Positions 48,808 through 60,440 of a DNA stretch of 64,000 bases are shown here, one piece after another (position 1 is the stretch's first letter; each line of letters begins with the position of its first letter). A program made the position numbers and the translations under genes. The notes below the pieces were generated by a model. The model saw only the letters and a list, made by a program, of their open reading frames with translations. It was not told the DNA's origin and ran no database searches. The stretch lies in the NCBI RefSeq assembly GCF_045037415.1, contig NZ_CP173438.1; one strand, 5' to 3'. This DNA comes from Escherichia coli. GTDB lineage: Bacteria; Pseudomonadota; Gammaproteobacteria; Enterobacterales; Enterobacteriaceae.

Positions 48808-49281
48808 TTATTGCCGCCACGGCATGACAGGAACCGCGCTAATCGCGTTTTTCGGCGAACCTTCTACAACTTTGTCGGAGTAAGCCAGATAAGCGAGCGC
48901 GTTGCGTTTAGCGTCATAAAAGCGCACGACCTGTAACGACTTAAAGACCAGGGACGTGCGTTTTTTGAATACTACCTCGCCCTGAGCTTTGCCGTTTTTA
49001 ATACGATCCGACAGTTCAATCGGCCCGACTTGTTGACAAGAAATGGCCGCATCGGAGGTATCTTCTGCCAGGCCCAATCCCCCTTTAATACCACCGGTTT
49101 TCGCCCGGCTCACATAACAGGTGACATTTTTCACATCGGGATCGTCAAAGGCTTCAACAACAATTTTGTGATCCGGGCCGATCATTTTAAATACGGTGTC
49201 GACCGAACCAATCTCTTCTGCATGAGCCAATGGCCCCAGCATTATCAGGCTTAAAGAAAGGATTAAATGCTTGTATTTCAT
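48808..49281 (-). CDS. creA: Periplasmic protein CreA, 157 aa
   Basis: Signal peptide [21 protein letters not shown]; position upstream of creB. Confidence 0.9.
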
Positions 49282-49491
49282 ATTGTTACCATTTTTATCT
49301 ATTACACGAGCAATTAGTTCGTCACGGTAAATAACATATTGATTAAGAACAAAATCTCAATACTTTTATTTCCGTCAAGCCCTAAAACATACTCGACTAA
49401 GAAAAAAACACTGAATGCTAAAACAGCAAAAAATGCTATTATCCAATTACCTGATGTCAGGTGCTCGTTGTTGAAAGGATGAGGATATTTT

Positions 49492-50361
49492 ATGGATCAG
49501 GCCGGCATTATTCGCGACCTTTTAATCTGGCTGGAAGGTCATCTGGATCAGCCCCTGTCGCTCGACAATGTAGCGGCGAAAGCAGGTTATTCCAAGTGGC
49601 ACTTACAGAGAATGTTTAAAGATGTCACTGGCCATGCTATTGGCGCGTATATTCGTGCTCGTCGTTTGTCGAAATCGGCGGTCGCACTACGCCTGACTGC
49701 GCGTCCGATTCTGGACATCGCGCTGCAATACCGCTTCGACTCTCAACAGACATTTACCCGCGCATTCAAGAAGCAGTTTGCCCAGACTCCTGCACTTTAC
49801 CGCCGTTCTCCTGAATGGAGCGCCTTTGGTATTCGCCCGCCGCTGCGTCTGGGTGAATTCACTATGCCAGAGCACAAATTTGTCACCCTGGAAGATACGC
49901 CGCTGATTGGTGTTACCCAGAGCTACTCCTGTTCGCTGGAGCAAATCTCTGATTTCCGCCATGAAATGCGCTACCAGTTCTGGCACGATTTTCTCGGCAA
50001 CGCGCCGACCATTCCGCCGGTGCTCTACGGCCTGAATGAAACGCGTCCGAGTCAGGATAAAGACGATGAACAAGAGGTATTCTATACCACCGCGTTAGCC
50101 CAGGATCAGGCAGATGGCTATGTACTGACGGGGCATCCGGTGATGCTGCAGGGCGGCGAATATGTGATGTTTACCTATGAAGGTCTGGGAACCGGCGTGC
50201 AGGAGTTTATCCTGACGGTATATGGAACATGCATGCCAATGCTCAACCTGACGCGCCGTAAAGGTCAGGATATTGAGCGATACTACCCGGCAGAAGATGC
50301 CAAAGCGGGAGATCGCCCAATTAATCTGCGCTGTGAACTGCTGATTCCGATCCGTCGTTAA
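49492..50361 (+). CDS. rob: AraC/XylS-family right-origin-binding protein Rob, 289 aa
   Basis: MDQAGIIRDLLIWLEGHLDQPLSLDNVAAKAGYSKWHLQRMFKDVTGHAIGAYIRARRL... Confidence 0.95.
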   Translation: MDQAGIIRDLLIWLEGHLDQPLSLDNVAAKAGYSKWHLQRMFKDVTGHAIGAYIRARRLSKSAVALRLTARPILDIALQYRFDSQQTFTRAFKKQFAQTPALYRRSPEWSAFGIRPPLRLGEFTMPEHKFVTLEDTPLIGVTQSYSCSLEQISDFRHEMRYQFWHDFLGNAPTIPPVLYGLNETRPSQDKDDEQEVFYTTALAQDQADGYVLTGHPVMLQGGEYVMFTYEGLGTGVQEFILTVYGTCMPMLNLTRRKGQDIERYYPAEDAKAGDRPINLRCELLIPIRR

Positions 50362-51005
50362 CGCTGCAGCTCATCTAATGCAGGGGCGTCCAGATGCGAG
50401 ATGTCCCCTGCGGTTTCAACCACCCAGCCAGACGCCAGCCACAGGCTTTCCTGATAATCCACGCGCGAAATAGAACAGTTACGCAGACGTAAGCGGCGCT
50501 CTGCCCATGCTGGTAATCCGAGAATCGTACTCACCAGGCATCCCAGTGCAATACCATGGCTCACCAGTAGCGGTCGGCTTCCCTGCGGTAAGTCCCGGCA
50601 AGATTCCAGTGCCGCATTAACGCGATCGCTGAGCTCCTGCATTGACTCGCCTTCAGGAATACGCCCGTCAACGGTGCCATTGACCAGTTGCCGACGCCAG
50701 TTCTCTTCTTCTTCGGTGAGTGAATCGATATTTCTTGTTTCCAGTACACCCATATTTAATTCACGCAGGCGAGAATCAAATATGATGTCACAGCCGCAGG
50801 CCTGGGCGATGATTTCCGCCGTGCGCCGGGTGCGTCCTAAATCGCTACTGATGATATGCGTAATGCCAAGCTCTTTGGCACGGGTTGCCACCTGCATCGC
50901 CTGTTGCTCACCTTTGGCGGTCAGCGGGCTGTCAGACTGGCCCTGAATACGTCGCTCGGCGTTCCACTGCGTTTCACCGTGGCGGACTAGGTATACCTGT
51001 AACAT
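50358..51005 (-). CDS. gpmB: Phosphoglycerate mutase family protein GpmB, 215 aa
   Basis: MLQVYLVRHGETQWNAERRIQGQSDSPLT... RHG catalytic motif. Confidence 0.93.
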   Translation of the reverse strand: MLQVYLVRHGETQWNAERRIQGQSDSPLTAKGEQQAMQVATRAKELGITHIISSDLGRTRRTAEIIAQACGCDIIFDSRLRELNMGVLETRNIDSLTEEEENWRRQLVNGTVDGRIPEGESMQELSDRVNAALESCRDLPQGSRPLLVSHGIALGCLVSTILGLPAWAERRLRLRNCSISRVDYQESLWLASGWVVETAGDISHLDAPALDELQR

Positions 51006-51044
51006 GCTTTTTTTCCGTATACTGCTGTAACGTTAATTTTCTGA

Positions 51045-51584
<540 letters not shown>

Positions 51585-51589
51585 TTAGG

Positions 51590-51660
51590 CGTTCACGCCG
51601 CATCCGGCATTCGGTGCACGATGCCTGATGCGACGCTGACGCATCTTATCAGGCCTACAA
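51590..51660. repeat. REP/BIME palindromic repeats between yjjX and trpR
   Basis: gccgcatccggcattcggtgcacgatgcctgatgcgacgctgacgcatcttatcaggcctac. Confidence 0.6.
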
Positions 51661-51662
51661 AA

Positions 51663-52004
<342 letters not shown>

Positions 52005-52078
52005 TTAGCGGGGGAAGCAAAATGCCTCCCCCGGTTGTACTCGCTAAAGAGTACGATAGCATATCATAAACGTGTGGA

Positions 52079-54016
52079 TCAGTAACGACGTCCCCATTCC
52101 GTGGCGCTCATCAACGTCGGTTTATCCCCCATGAAATAGCGGTAGTAAGCGTCATAAGCCAGCACGTTTTTCACATAACCGCGCGTCTCGGAGAATGGAA
52201 TACTCTCGACAAATGCCACTGCGTCGATACGCCCTGCGCTGTTGCCAAGCCAGGTCCGCACCCGCCCTGGTCCGGCGTTATAAGCTGCTGAGGAGAAAAT
52301 ACGGTTATTGCCAAACTGCTGATAAACATATTGCAGGTAACTGGTGCCAATGTTGATGTTCGTTTCCGGATCCAGCAATTGCCCAGGGCTGCTATAACCG
52401 GGAATAGAGAACATCTTCACCGTATGGGTCGCGGTACCAGGCATAATCTGCATCAGGCCGCTGGCCCCTACCGGTGATTTCACTTTCGGATTCCAGGCAC
52501 TCTCCTGACGAGCAATCGCCATCGCATAGCTTTGCGGGATCTCCTTACCACTGGTGTAGCGTTTGAAAAGATCGTTGTAAGCCAGCGGGAATCGCTCTTC
52601 CAGATGATCCCACAGCTTCCCGGCGATCGTTGCCTGAACGCTAAGATCCCACCATTGGTTATTGAAAGCATACCGAGCCAGTTGAGCCTGCTCTGTTTTT
52701 GACTTGCTCTTCACCAGATTGGCCCACTCGCTACGCGCGGTGTTATCGAGATTCCAGTACATCAACTCGCGCACGCGCGCCATCTCCGGCCCCTGAGTCA
52801 GGGCGCTGTCAACATTCTGCGGCGCTTTATCAATCTTCAGCTCATACTCTTCGCCGATGCGTTGTGCAGCAACCATCGGGTAGAAACCACGCTGTTGCAT
52901 GAGTTGATGCAAAATCTCTTTTGCTTCAGCTTCACGTCCGCGTTCCAGCAGTAAATCCGCCTGCCAGTAACGCCATTCATCTTTCTCTTTCGCTTCCATA
53001 GGCAGACGCGCCAGCCAGGTATTCAGGCCGCGACGATCGCCGGTGCCAAGCGCCATTCGCACACGGCGTTCAATAAGCGAAGTAGATTGCGAGCGCATAA
53101 TCGCGTCATCGCGCCATTTCGCCTGCTCGTCGGTGACATCGTTGCCCATCAAACGCCAGGCGACAATATCGCGCAGCTCCTGAATCTGATCTTCATTAAG
53201 CTGCTGTGCCTGAGCAAGCGACGGGATCATCAGCCGTGCATTTTCAGCATCCTGCCGCGCCACACTGGCAAACGCCACCGCCGCCATTTGACGGGTAAAA
53301 TCGGTCGCGCCGGTTGTACGCGCGAAGGTCAGTACCGTATTAGGGTTGTTCGCCAGTGAAATGATTGCCGAAGCGATAGTCTGGTAATCGGCAGGCATCT
53401 GCCCTGCCAGCACTGTTACCAGGCCGGTGTTACCCGCTTTCATCGCCAGACGGATACGCTCTAAATACGCCAGCGGATCTTGTTTACCTGACGCACGCCA
53501 GACGCTAAATAACTTGTCACAGGCGTTAGGCTGGCTCTTGCCGGTTAGCCACAGCTCTTTCGCCCCTTGCCAGGCTTCTTCACTCTGCCCGGTGTTCCAT
53601 TTCGCATAGTAGTAATTACATTGCGCTTCGGTAGTTCCGGGCTTTTCCGGGCTAAAGGCTAACAAGCCACGCCAGTCTTCACGCCGCGCCAGTTCATTGA
53701 CGAAACGAGATTGCAGCGTGCGAGCGGGAGGAAGCGTGGGGTTAGCGCGAACAAAGTTAGTGACCGTCACCGCCGGTTGATTCATCAGGTCATCAGTGAT
53801 CTGGCGGTATTCCAGGTAGGGATAAAGTGGGTAATCTTTCAGTCCAGGCATCATTTGTTCGACCACATCCATTTGTCGATTATCCCAGGCCTGCTTAATT
53901 TGCGCGTAACGGCTACGCTGCTCATCCAGTGAGTCGGCTCGCGCCACGCTGCTGACCGTCAGCAGACAGACACCGGCAGCCAACAGCCGCCAGGTAACGT
54001 GTTTGGCTTTTTCCAC
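52079..54016 (-). CDS. slt: Soluble lytic murein transglycosylase Slt70, 645 aa, GTG start
   Basis: (M)EKAKHVTWRLLAAGVCLLTVSSVARA... signal peptide, superhelical domain, C-terminal lysozyme-like domain (ESAWNP...). Confidence 0.95.
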   Translation of the reverse strand: MEKAKHVTWRLLAAGVCLLTVSSVARADSLDEQRSRYAQIKQAWDNRQMDVVEQMMPGLKDYPLYPYLEYRQITDDLMNQPAVTVTNFVRANPTLPPARTLQSRFVNELARREDWRGLLAFSPEKPGTTEAQCNYYYAKWNTGQSEEAWQGAKELWLTGKSQPNACDKLFSVWRASGKQDPLAYLERIRLAMKAGNTGLVTVLAGQMPADYQTIASAIISLANNPNTVLTFARTTGATDFTRQMAAVAFASVARQDAENARLMIPSLAQAQQLNEDQIQELRDIVAWRLMGNDVTDEQAKWRDDAIMRSQSTSLIERRVRMALGTGDRRGLNTWLARLPMEAKEKDEWRYWQADLLLERGREAEAKEILHQLMQQRGFYPMVAAQRIGEEYELKIDKAPQNVDSALTQGPEMARVRELMYWNLDNTARSEWANLVKSKSKTEQAQLARYAFNNQWWDLSVQATIAGKLWDHLEERFPLAYNDLFKRYTSGKEIPQSYAMAIARQESAWNPKVKSPVGASGLMQIMPGTATHTVKMFSIPGYSSPGQLLDPETNINIGTSYLQYVYQQFGNNRIFSSAAYNAGPGRVRTWLGNSAGRIDAVAFVESIPFSETRGYVKNVLAYDAYYRYFMGDKPTLMSATEWGRRY

Positions 54017-54222
54017 AAGCGCATCCTCTAAGTGTAAATACATCAATGCAGCGTCATGCCGCGTAATAGATTTATGCTAACCAGTCATTGCCGTTTACGC
54101 CACGTTACGGACACTTTTTTACTTTTACGGGGTGATCGACTGGCTGGGATTAGACAGGGAAACAGGCTACACTTCGCCTTTGAAAACTCATCATCACGAT
54201 AAACATAGAGGCGAAGTCCAAC

Positions 54223-55890
54223 GTGGCTCAATTCGTTTATACCATGCATCGTGTCGGCAAAGTTGTTCCGCCGAAACGTCATATTTTGAAAAACATCTCT
54301 CTGAGTTTCTTCCCTGGGGCAAAAATTGGTGTCCTGGGTCTGAACGGCGCGGGTAAGTCCACCCTGCTGCGCATTATGGCGGGCATTGATAAAGACATCG
54401 AAGGTGAAGCGCGTCCGCAGCCAGACATCAAGATTGGTTATCTGCCGCAGGAACCGCAGCTGAACCCGGAACACACCGTTCGTGAGTCCATTGAAGAAGC
54501 GGTTTCTGAAGTGGTTAACGCCCTGAAACGCCTGGATGAAGTGTATGCGCTGTATGCCGATCCGGATGCCGATTTTGACAAGCTGGCCGCTGAACAAGGC
54601 CGTCTGGAAGAGATCATTCAGGCTCACGACGGTCACAACCTGAACGTTCAGCTGGAGCGTGCGGCGGATGCGCTGCGTCTGCCGGACTGGGATGCGAAAA
54701 TCGCTAACCTTTCCGGTGGTGAGCGTCGTCGCGTGGCGTTGTGCCGCCTGCTGCTGGAAAAACCAGACATGCTGCTGCTCGACGAACCGACCAACCACCT
54801 GGATGCGGAATCCGTAGCGTGGCTGGAGCGCTTCCTGCACGACTTCGAAGGCACCGTGGTGGCGATTACCCACGACCGTTACTTCCTCGATAACGTTGCG
54901 GGCTGGATCCTCGAACTTGACCGCGGTGAAGGTATTCCGTGGGAAGGTAACTACTCCTCCTGGCTGGAGCAGAAAGATCAGCGTCTGGCGCAGGAAGCTT
55001 CACAAGAAGCGGCGCGTCGTAAGTCGATCGAGAAAGAGCTGGAGTGGGTACGTCAGGGAACTAAAGGCCGTCAGTCAAAAGGTAAAGCACGTCTGGCGCG
55101 CTTTGAAGAACTCAACAGCACCGAATATCAGAAACGTAACGAAACCAACGAACTGTTTATTCCACCTGGACCGCGTCTGGGCGATAAAGTGCTGGAAGTC
55201 AGCAACCTGCGTAAATCCTATGGTGATCGTCTGCTGATTGACTCCCTGAGCTTCTCGATCCCGAAAGGAGCGATCGTCGGGATCATCGGTCCGAACGGTG
55301 CGGGTAAATCGACGCTGTTCCGTATGATCTCTGGTCAGGAACAGCCGGACAGCGGCACCATCACTTTGGGTGAAACAGTGAAACTGGCGTCGGTTGATCA
55401 GTTCCGTGACTCAATGGATAACAGCAAAACCGTTTGGGAAGAAGTTTCCGGCGGGCTGGATATCATGAAGATCGGCAACACCGAGATGCCGAGCCGCGCC
55501 TACGTTGGCCGCTTTAACTTTAAAGGGGTTGATCAGGGTAAACGCGTTGGCGAACTCTCCGGCGGTGAGCGCGGTCGTCTGCATCTGGCGAAGCTGCTGC
55601 AGGTTGGCGGCAACATGCTGCTGCTCGACGAACCAACCAACGACCTGGATATCGAAACCCTGCGCGCGCTGGAAAACGCCCTGCTGGAGTTCCCGGGCTG
55701 CGCGATGGTTATCTCGCACGACCGTTGGTTCCTCGACCGTATCGCCACGCACATTCTGGATTACCAGGATGAAGGTAAAGTTGAGTTCTTCGAAGGTAAC
55801 TTTACCGAGTACGAAGAGTACAAGAAACGCACGCTGGGCGCAGACGCGCTGGAGCCGAAGCGTATCAAGTACAAGCGTATTGCGAAGTAA
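54223..55890 (+). CDS. ettA: Energy-dependent translational throttle ABC-F ATPase EttA, 555 aa
   Basis: MAQFVYTMHRVGKVVPPKRHILKNISLSFFPGAKIGVLGLNGAGKSTLLR... two ABC cassettes with Walker A/B and LSGGE signatures. Confidence 0.96.
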   Translation: MAQFVYTMHRVGKVVPPKRHILKNISLSFFPGAKIGVLGLNGAGKSTLLRIMAGIDKDIEGEARPQPDIKIGYLPQEPQLNPEHTVRESIEEAVSEVVNALKRLDEVYALYADPDADFDKLAAEQGRLEEIIQAHDGHNLNVQLERAADALRLPDWDAKIANLSGGERRRVALCRLLLEKPDMLLLDEPTNHLDAESVAWLERFLHDFEGTVVAITHDRYFLDNVAGWILELDRGEGIPWEGNYSSWLEQKDQRLAQEASQEAARRKSIEKELEWVRQGTKGRQSKGKARLARFEELNSTEYQKRNETNELFIPPGPRLGDKVLEVSNLRKSYGDRLLIDSLSFSIPKGAIVGIIGPNGAGKSTLFRMISGQEQPDSGTITLGETVKLASVDQFRDSMDNSKTVWEEVSGGLDIMKIGNTEMPSRAYVGRFNFKGVDQGKRVGELSGGERGRLHLAKLLQVGGNMLLLDEPTNDLDIETLRALENALLEFPGCAMVISHDRWFLDRIATHILDYQDEGKVEFFEGNFTEYEEYKKRTLGADALEPKRIKYKRIAK

Positions 55891-55896
55891 TGCGTA

Positions 55897-56008
<112 letters not shown>

Positions 56009-56010
56009 TC

Positions 56011-57243
56011 TTACCTCTGCTCCCCCATCATCTCCCGCACCAGCTCCACGCAGCGCAGAAAACGGCTGTCGTAATCGTCCTCTTCAACCCGCACGAATTC
56101 GATATTGTTCTCTTCCAGCATCTCCACCAGCAAGTTCTGGAACTCTTTGCGATCCACCGAACTGCCGAGGCTGCGTAAACCATCCGCCACCCACGGCGTG
56201 TTGTTCTCCAGCAGGATCACCAGATCGAAACGGTATTCATCAATCAACGCCTGCACAAACGGATGCTCACGCCCTTCGTACTTTTTGCAGAACGCCTGGG
56301 TAGTGACAAAATCGGTGTCGATAAACGCCACTTTATTGGCATATTTCACTGCAAAATCAATATATTGCGCATGTCCCAGCGCGATTTTATCGTAGTCGGA
56401 ATACTGCAACGCGATCTCATCGCCACCGAGGTGCGAAAAGACATAATCACGACCATATTCCCACGCACTGGTAGTGTTGAAGATATTGGCAAGTTTGTTT
56501 ACCAGGGTGGATTTACCGCTCGATTCACCACCGAGGATCGCCACGGTACGCACAAAGAATGGCTTCACTTCCGTAGGAATATATTCCCAGTAGCGGAACG
56601 GGTTTTCGCGGATCTGCGCACCGCTGATACTCATAAAGGTACGCTTCGGATCGACCAGCACCGTCTCGATCCCCAGATGTTCCATATACTGTGGCGCATC
56701 GGCTTCTTCCGAGGTGTAGATCAGGTCCGGCTGAATCCCTTTTTCAGCCATAAACTTTTTGATGCCGTTGCTCCATACATCCCAGCCGTGTGGATATGGC
56801 TCCATGCCCTCTTCATTGAAAGCATGAATACGGATATTTTTCTGATATTTAAAGGTTTGCAATAGCCAGCGCAGACGATCCGGCACCGTGGGCTGCTGCG
56901 ACATGGCGCTGTCTTCGAACAATGCGCGGTCGCGGGTATCGTCAAAACCCATAATGATATGCAGCTCGTCAACCTGGCTACAGGCGCGCTGGATAAGGTA
57001 GATATGTCCGGTATGCAGCGGGTAAAACTTACCGAATACGACACCGATCGTTTTCTTCTGCCGGGGAAATTCAAGTCCCAAATAACGGTGCAATGCCTCC
57101 AGCTTTTGTGCGCTGGGGCTTTTAATTTTGGCATTCAGTAACTGGCTTAAATACCCTTTGGTCATACCGCTGGCATCAGCTACCTGCTGTAGCGTGCAGC
57201 CCTGTTGCTTGATGGCAGTTTTCAGGTAATCAAATGACGACAT
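56011..57243 (-). CDS. nadR: Trifunctional NAD biosynthesis regulator / NMN adenylyltransferase / ribosylnicotinamide kinase, 410 aa
   Basis: MSSFDYLKTAIKQQGCTLQQVADASGMTKGYLSQLLNAK... HTH, then nucleotidyltransferase (H/T)xGH motif and a P-loop GGESSGKST. Confidence 0.95.
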   Translation of the reverse strand: MSSFDYLKTAIKQQGCTLQQVADASGMTKGYLSQLLNAKIKSPSAQKLEALHRYLGLEFPRQKKTIGVVFGKFYPLHTGHIYLIQRACSQVDELHIIMGFDDTRDRALFEDSAMSQQPTVPDRLRWLLQTFKYQKNIRIHAFNEEGMEPYPHGWDVWSNGIKKFMAEKGIQPDLIYTSEEADAPQYMEHLGIETVLVDPKRTFMSISGAQIRENPFRYWEYIPTEVKPFFVRTVAILGGESSGKSTLVNKLANIFNTTSAWEYGRDYVFSHLGGDEIALQYSDYDKIALGHAQYIDFAVKYANKVAFIDTDFVTTQAFCKKYEGREHPFVQALIDEYRFDLVILLENNTPWVADGLRSLGSSVDRKEFQNLLVEMLEENNIEFVRVEEDDYDSRFLRCVELVREMMGEQR

Positions 57244-57263
57244 ATCTCCCTCCGTATCTCTCA

Positions 57264-58646
57264 TTATAAGTCGTCGAACACGCTAAGCGCGTCGGAGAGT
57301 TTTTTAACGCCAAAAATCTGCATCCCTTCCGGCGTTTTTTTCGGCACGTTAGCCGCCGGAACAATCGCCCGGCGAAAACCGTGTTTCGCCGCTTCTGAGA
57401 TTCGTTCCTGGCCGCTGGGCACCGGGCGGATCTCCCCTGCCAGCCCGACTTCACCAAACACCACCAGATCCTGCGGTAGCGGTCTGTCACGCAGGCTGGA
57501 AACCATCGCCAGCAGTAACGCTAAATCGGCACTGGTTTCCGTCACCTTCACGCCACCGACCACGTTAACAAACACATCCTGATCGGCCATTTGTAGACCA
57601 CCGTGACGGTGAAGCACCGCCAGCAGGATTGCCAGACGGTTTTGCTCCAGCCCGACTGCCACGCGGCGTGGATTCGCCATCATCGAGTGATCGACGAGCG
57701 CCTGAATCTCCACCAGCAGCGGACGCGTTCCTTCCCACACTACCATCACTGAGCTACCGGAGGTCACTTCATCGCCGCGACTTAAGAAAATTGCCGAAGG
57801 GTTGCTGACTTCACGCAGCCCCTGCTCGGTCATTGCAAAGACACCCAGCTCATTCACCGCGCCGAAGCGGTTTTTATGGCTGCGTAAGGTGCGAAAACGG
57901 GAGTCGGCATCGCCATCCAAAAGCACCGAACAGTCGATACAGTGTTCCAGCACTTTAGGGCCAGCCAGCGAGCCATCTTTGGTTACGTGCCCAACCATGA
58001 CAATCGCCACACCGCGCGTTTTGGCGAAGCGCGTCAGATAAGCCGCCGTTTCACGCACCTGTGCCACGCTGCCAGGCGATGATTGTACATCCGCCATATG
58101 CATCACCTGGATGGAGTCAATTACCATCAGCTTCGGTTGCTCTTCTTCGGCAATCAGGCAGATCTGCTCGATGCTGGTTTCCGACAGCATATTAAGATTG
58201 TCAGTCGGCAGGCCAAGGCGATGAGCGCGCATTGCCACCTGTTGCAGCGACTCTTCGCCGGTGACATACAGCGTTTTCATCTGCTGCGCCAGTTTGCACA
58301 GCGTTTGCAGCAACAGCGTGGATTTCCCCGCACCAGGGTTACCGCCAATCAGAATGGCGCTTCCCGGCACCACGCCGCCGCCTAATACGCGGTCGAACTC
58401 TTTAAATCCGGTGGAAAAACGCGGCAGCTCTTCAAGGCTGATGTCGGAAAGTTTCTGGACTTTTGCCACTCCGGCGCTACCGGCATAGCCACTGAGACGC
58501 TCGTTACGCGCCACCGTTGGCGACGCTGCAAGACGCACCTCGGTGATGGTGTTCCAGGCATGACAGGCACTGCACTGCCCCTGCCAGCGCGGATAATCGG
58601 CCCCGCATTCATTACAAACAAAGGCGCGTTTTGGAGCTTTTGCCAC
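57264..58646 (-). CDS. radA: DNA repair protein RadA/Sms, 460 aa, GTG start
   Basis: (M)AKAPKRAFVCNECGADYPRWQGQCSACHAWNT... zinc finger, RecA-like P-loop GGNPGAGKST, Lon-like C-terminal domain. Confidence 0.95.
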   Translation of the reverse strand: MAKAPKRAFVCNECGADYPRWQGQCSACHAWNTITEVRLAASPTVARNERLSGYAGSAGVAKVQKLSDISLEELPRFSTGFKEFDRVLGGGVVPGSAILIGGNPGAGKSTLLLQTLCKLAQQMKTLYVTGEESLQQVAMRAHRLGLPTDNLNMLSETSIEQICLIAEEEQPKLMVIDSIQVMHMADVQSSPGSVAQVRETAAYLTRFAKTRGVAIVMVGHVTKDGSLAGPKVLEHCIDCSVLLDGDADSRFRTLRSHKNRFGAVNELGVFAMTEQGLREVSNPSAIFLSRGDEVTSGSSVMVVWEGTRPLLVEIQALVDHSMMANPRRVAVGLEQNRLAILLAVLHRHGGLQMADQDVFVNVVGGVKVTETSADLALLLAMVSSLRDRPLPQDLVVFGEVGLAGEIRPVPSGQERISEAAKHGFRRAIVPAANVPKKTPEGMQIFGVKKLSDALSVFDDL

Positions 58647-58694
58647 GATGTACCTCGTTAATGCTGTGCCGCCCGCAGGATGACGGGCGGACAA

Positions 58695-59663
58695 TTACTT
58701 CTGATTCAGGCTGCCAGAGAGGATGCAGAATACCCCCATCAGGTCAGCGTGACGGATGGTGACTTCCGTCTTTTCATTCACTTTTGGCTTGGCATGGTAG
58801 GCAATCCCCAGCCCTGCCGCTTTGATCATCGGCAGGTCATTGGCTCCATCGCCAATCGCCACGGTCTGCGCCAGCGGGATTTCATACTCCTGCGCGAGGC
58901 GGGTCAGGGTTTTCGCTTTATATTGCGCGTCAACGATGTCGCCGATCACATTGCCGGTAAATTTACCGTCCATGATCTCCAGTTCATTGGCTACCACGGC
59001 TGTCAGGCGCAGCTTGTCGCGCAGGTATTCAGCAAAGAAAGTAAAGCCGCCGGAGGCAATCGCCACTTTCCAGCCCAGCGTTTCCAGCTTGAGTACCAGC
59101 TGCGTTAAGCCTGACATCAGCGGCAGATTTTCACGCACCTGTTGCAGAATATTGGCGTCAGCGCCTTTCAGCGTCGCCACGCGGCTGCGCAGGCTGGCGG
59201 TAAAATCGAGTTCGCCGCGCATCGCCCGTTCGGTTACCTCCGCCACCCTCTCGCCCGTTCCGGCCAGTTTGGCAATTTCATCAATACATTCAATCTGGAT
59301 GGCGGTGGAATCCATGTCCATCACCAGCAAACCCGGCGTGCGCAGGTGTGGGATTTTCCCCAGCGGTGCGACATCCAGTTGCGCTTCATGGGCCAGGCGC
59401 GTAGCCCGCGCAGTGAGTGAACCTGCCAGACGAATCACCTGATAATCTTCCACGCACCAGGCGGCAACAATCACCATAGCCGCGCCCAGTTTGCTCTGGT
59501 ATTGGGTCAGACGTTGTTTATCCAGCCCACGACCATACAGCAGCCAGCCGCTACGACCTGCGTGGTAATCCAGTGGCATCACTTCATCACCACTTAATGA
59601 AAGAGGCAGACCAGGCCATAAAGAGACATCTTCAGGCAAGTCGCACCAGGTAATGTTAGGCAT
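58695..59663 (-). CDS. serB: Phosphoserine phosphatase, 322 aa
   Basis: MPNITWCDLPEDVSLWPGLPLSLSGDEVMPLDYHAGRSGW... HAD motif DMDST; the ORF-track start at 59801 is an upstream extension. Confidence 0.95.
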   Translation of the reverse strand: MPNITWCDLPEDVSLWPGLPLSLSGDEVMPLDYHAGRSGWLLYGRGLDKQRLTQYQSKLGAAMVIVAAWCVEDYQVIRLAGSLTARATRLAHEAQLDVAPLGKIPHLRTPGLLVMDMDSTAIQIECIDEIAKLAGTGERVAEVTERAMRGELDFTASLRSRVATLKGADANILQQVRENLPLMSGLTQLVLKLETLGWKVAIASGGFTFFAEYLRDKLRLTAVVANELEIMDGKFTGNVIGDIVDAQYKAKTLTRLAQEYEIPLAQTVAIGDGANDLPMIKAAGLGIAYHAKPKVNEKTEVTIRHADLMGVFCILSGSLNQK

Positions 59664-59768
59664 TAAGGCTCCTGTAAAATCGTTCGAAGCAGGGAAAATA
59701 ACGCATGAGGCTACCTTGTATCCATTGCTTCTGGCAACATTAAGTCTCAAATTTTCAAAGGGTGGAAG

Positions 59769-60413
59769 ATGGCTCGCACAAAACTGAAATTCCGGCTGCA
59801 TCGGGCAGTGATTGTCCTGTTCTGTCTTGCCTTGTTAGTGGCGCTGATGCAGGGGGCGTCATGGTTTAGTCAAAACCACCAGCGACAGCGTAATCCGCAA
59901 CTGGAAGAACTGGCCCGCACCCTGGCGCGGCAGGTGACGCTAAACGTTGCACCGCTGATGCGTACCGACTCACCGGATGAAAAACGCATTCAGGCGATCC
60001 TCGATCAGTTAACGGATGAAAGCCGCATTCTCGACGCAGGCGTATATGATGAACAAGGCGATCTTATCGCCCGTTCTGGCGAAAGCGTCGACGTGCGCGA
60101 CCGGCTGGCGCTCGACGGCAAAAAAGCGGGCGGCTATTTTAATCAGCAGATTGTCGAACCCATTGCGGGTAAAAACGGACCGCTCGGCTATCTGCGCCTG
60201 ACGCTCGACACCCATACGCTCGCCACCGAAGCCCAACAGGTGGATAACACCACTAACATTTTACGCCTGATGTTGCTGCTCTCGCTGGCAATCGGCGTAG
60301 TGCTGACCCGCACGCTGCTACAGGGTAAACGCACCCGCTGGCAGCAATCGCCCTTCCTGTTAACCGCCAGCAAACCGGTGCCGGAAGAGGAAGAAAGCGA
60401 GAAAAAAGAGTGA
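59769..60413 (+). CDS. ytjB: Inner-membrane protein YtjB (Smp), 214 aa
   Basis: Same size and position between serB and lplA. Confidence 0.85.
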   Translation: MARTKLKFRLHRAVIVLFCLALLVALMQGASWFSQNHQRQRNPQLEELARTLARQVTLNVAPLMRTDSPDEKRIQAILDQLTDESRILDAGVYDEQGDLIARSGESVDVRDRLALDGKKAGGYFNQQIVEPIAGKNGPLGYLRLTLDTHTLATEAQQVDNTTNILRLMLLLSLAIGVVLTRTLLQGKRTRWQQSPFLLTASKPVPEEEESEKKE

Positions 60414-60440
60414 CCCATTACTACAAGAAAGGAAATCGTT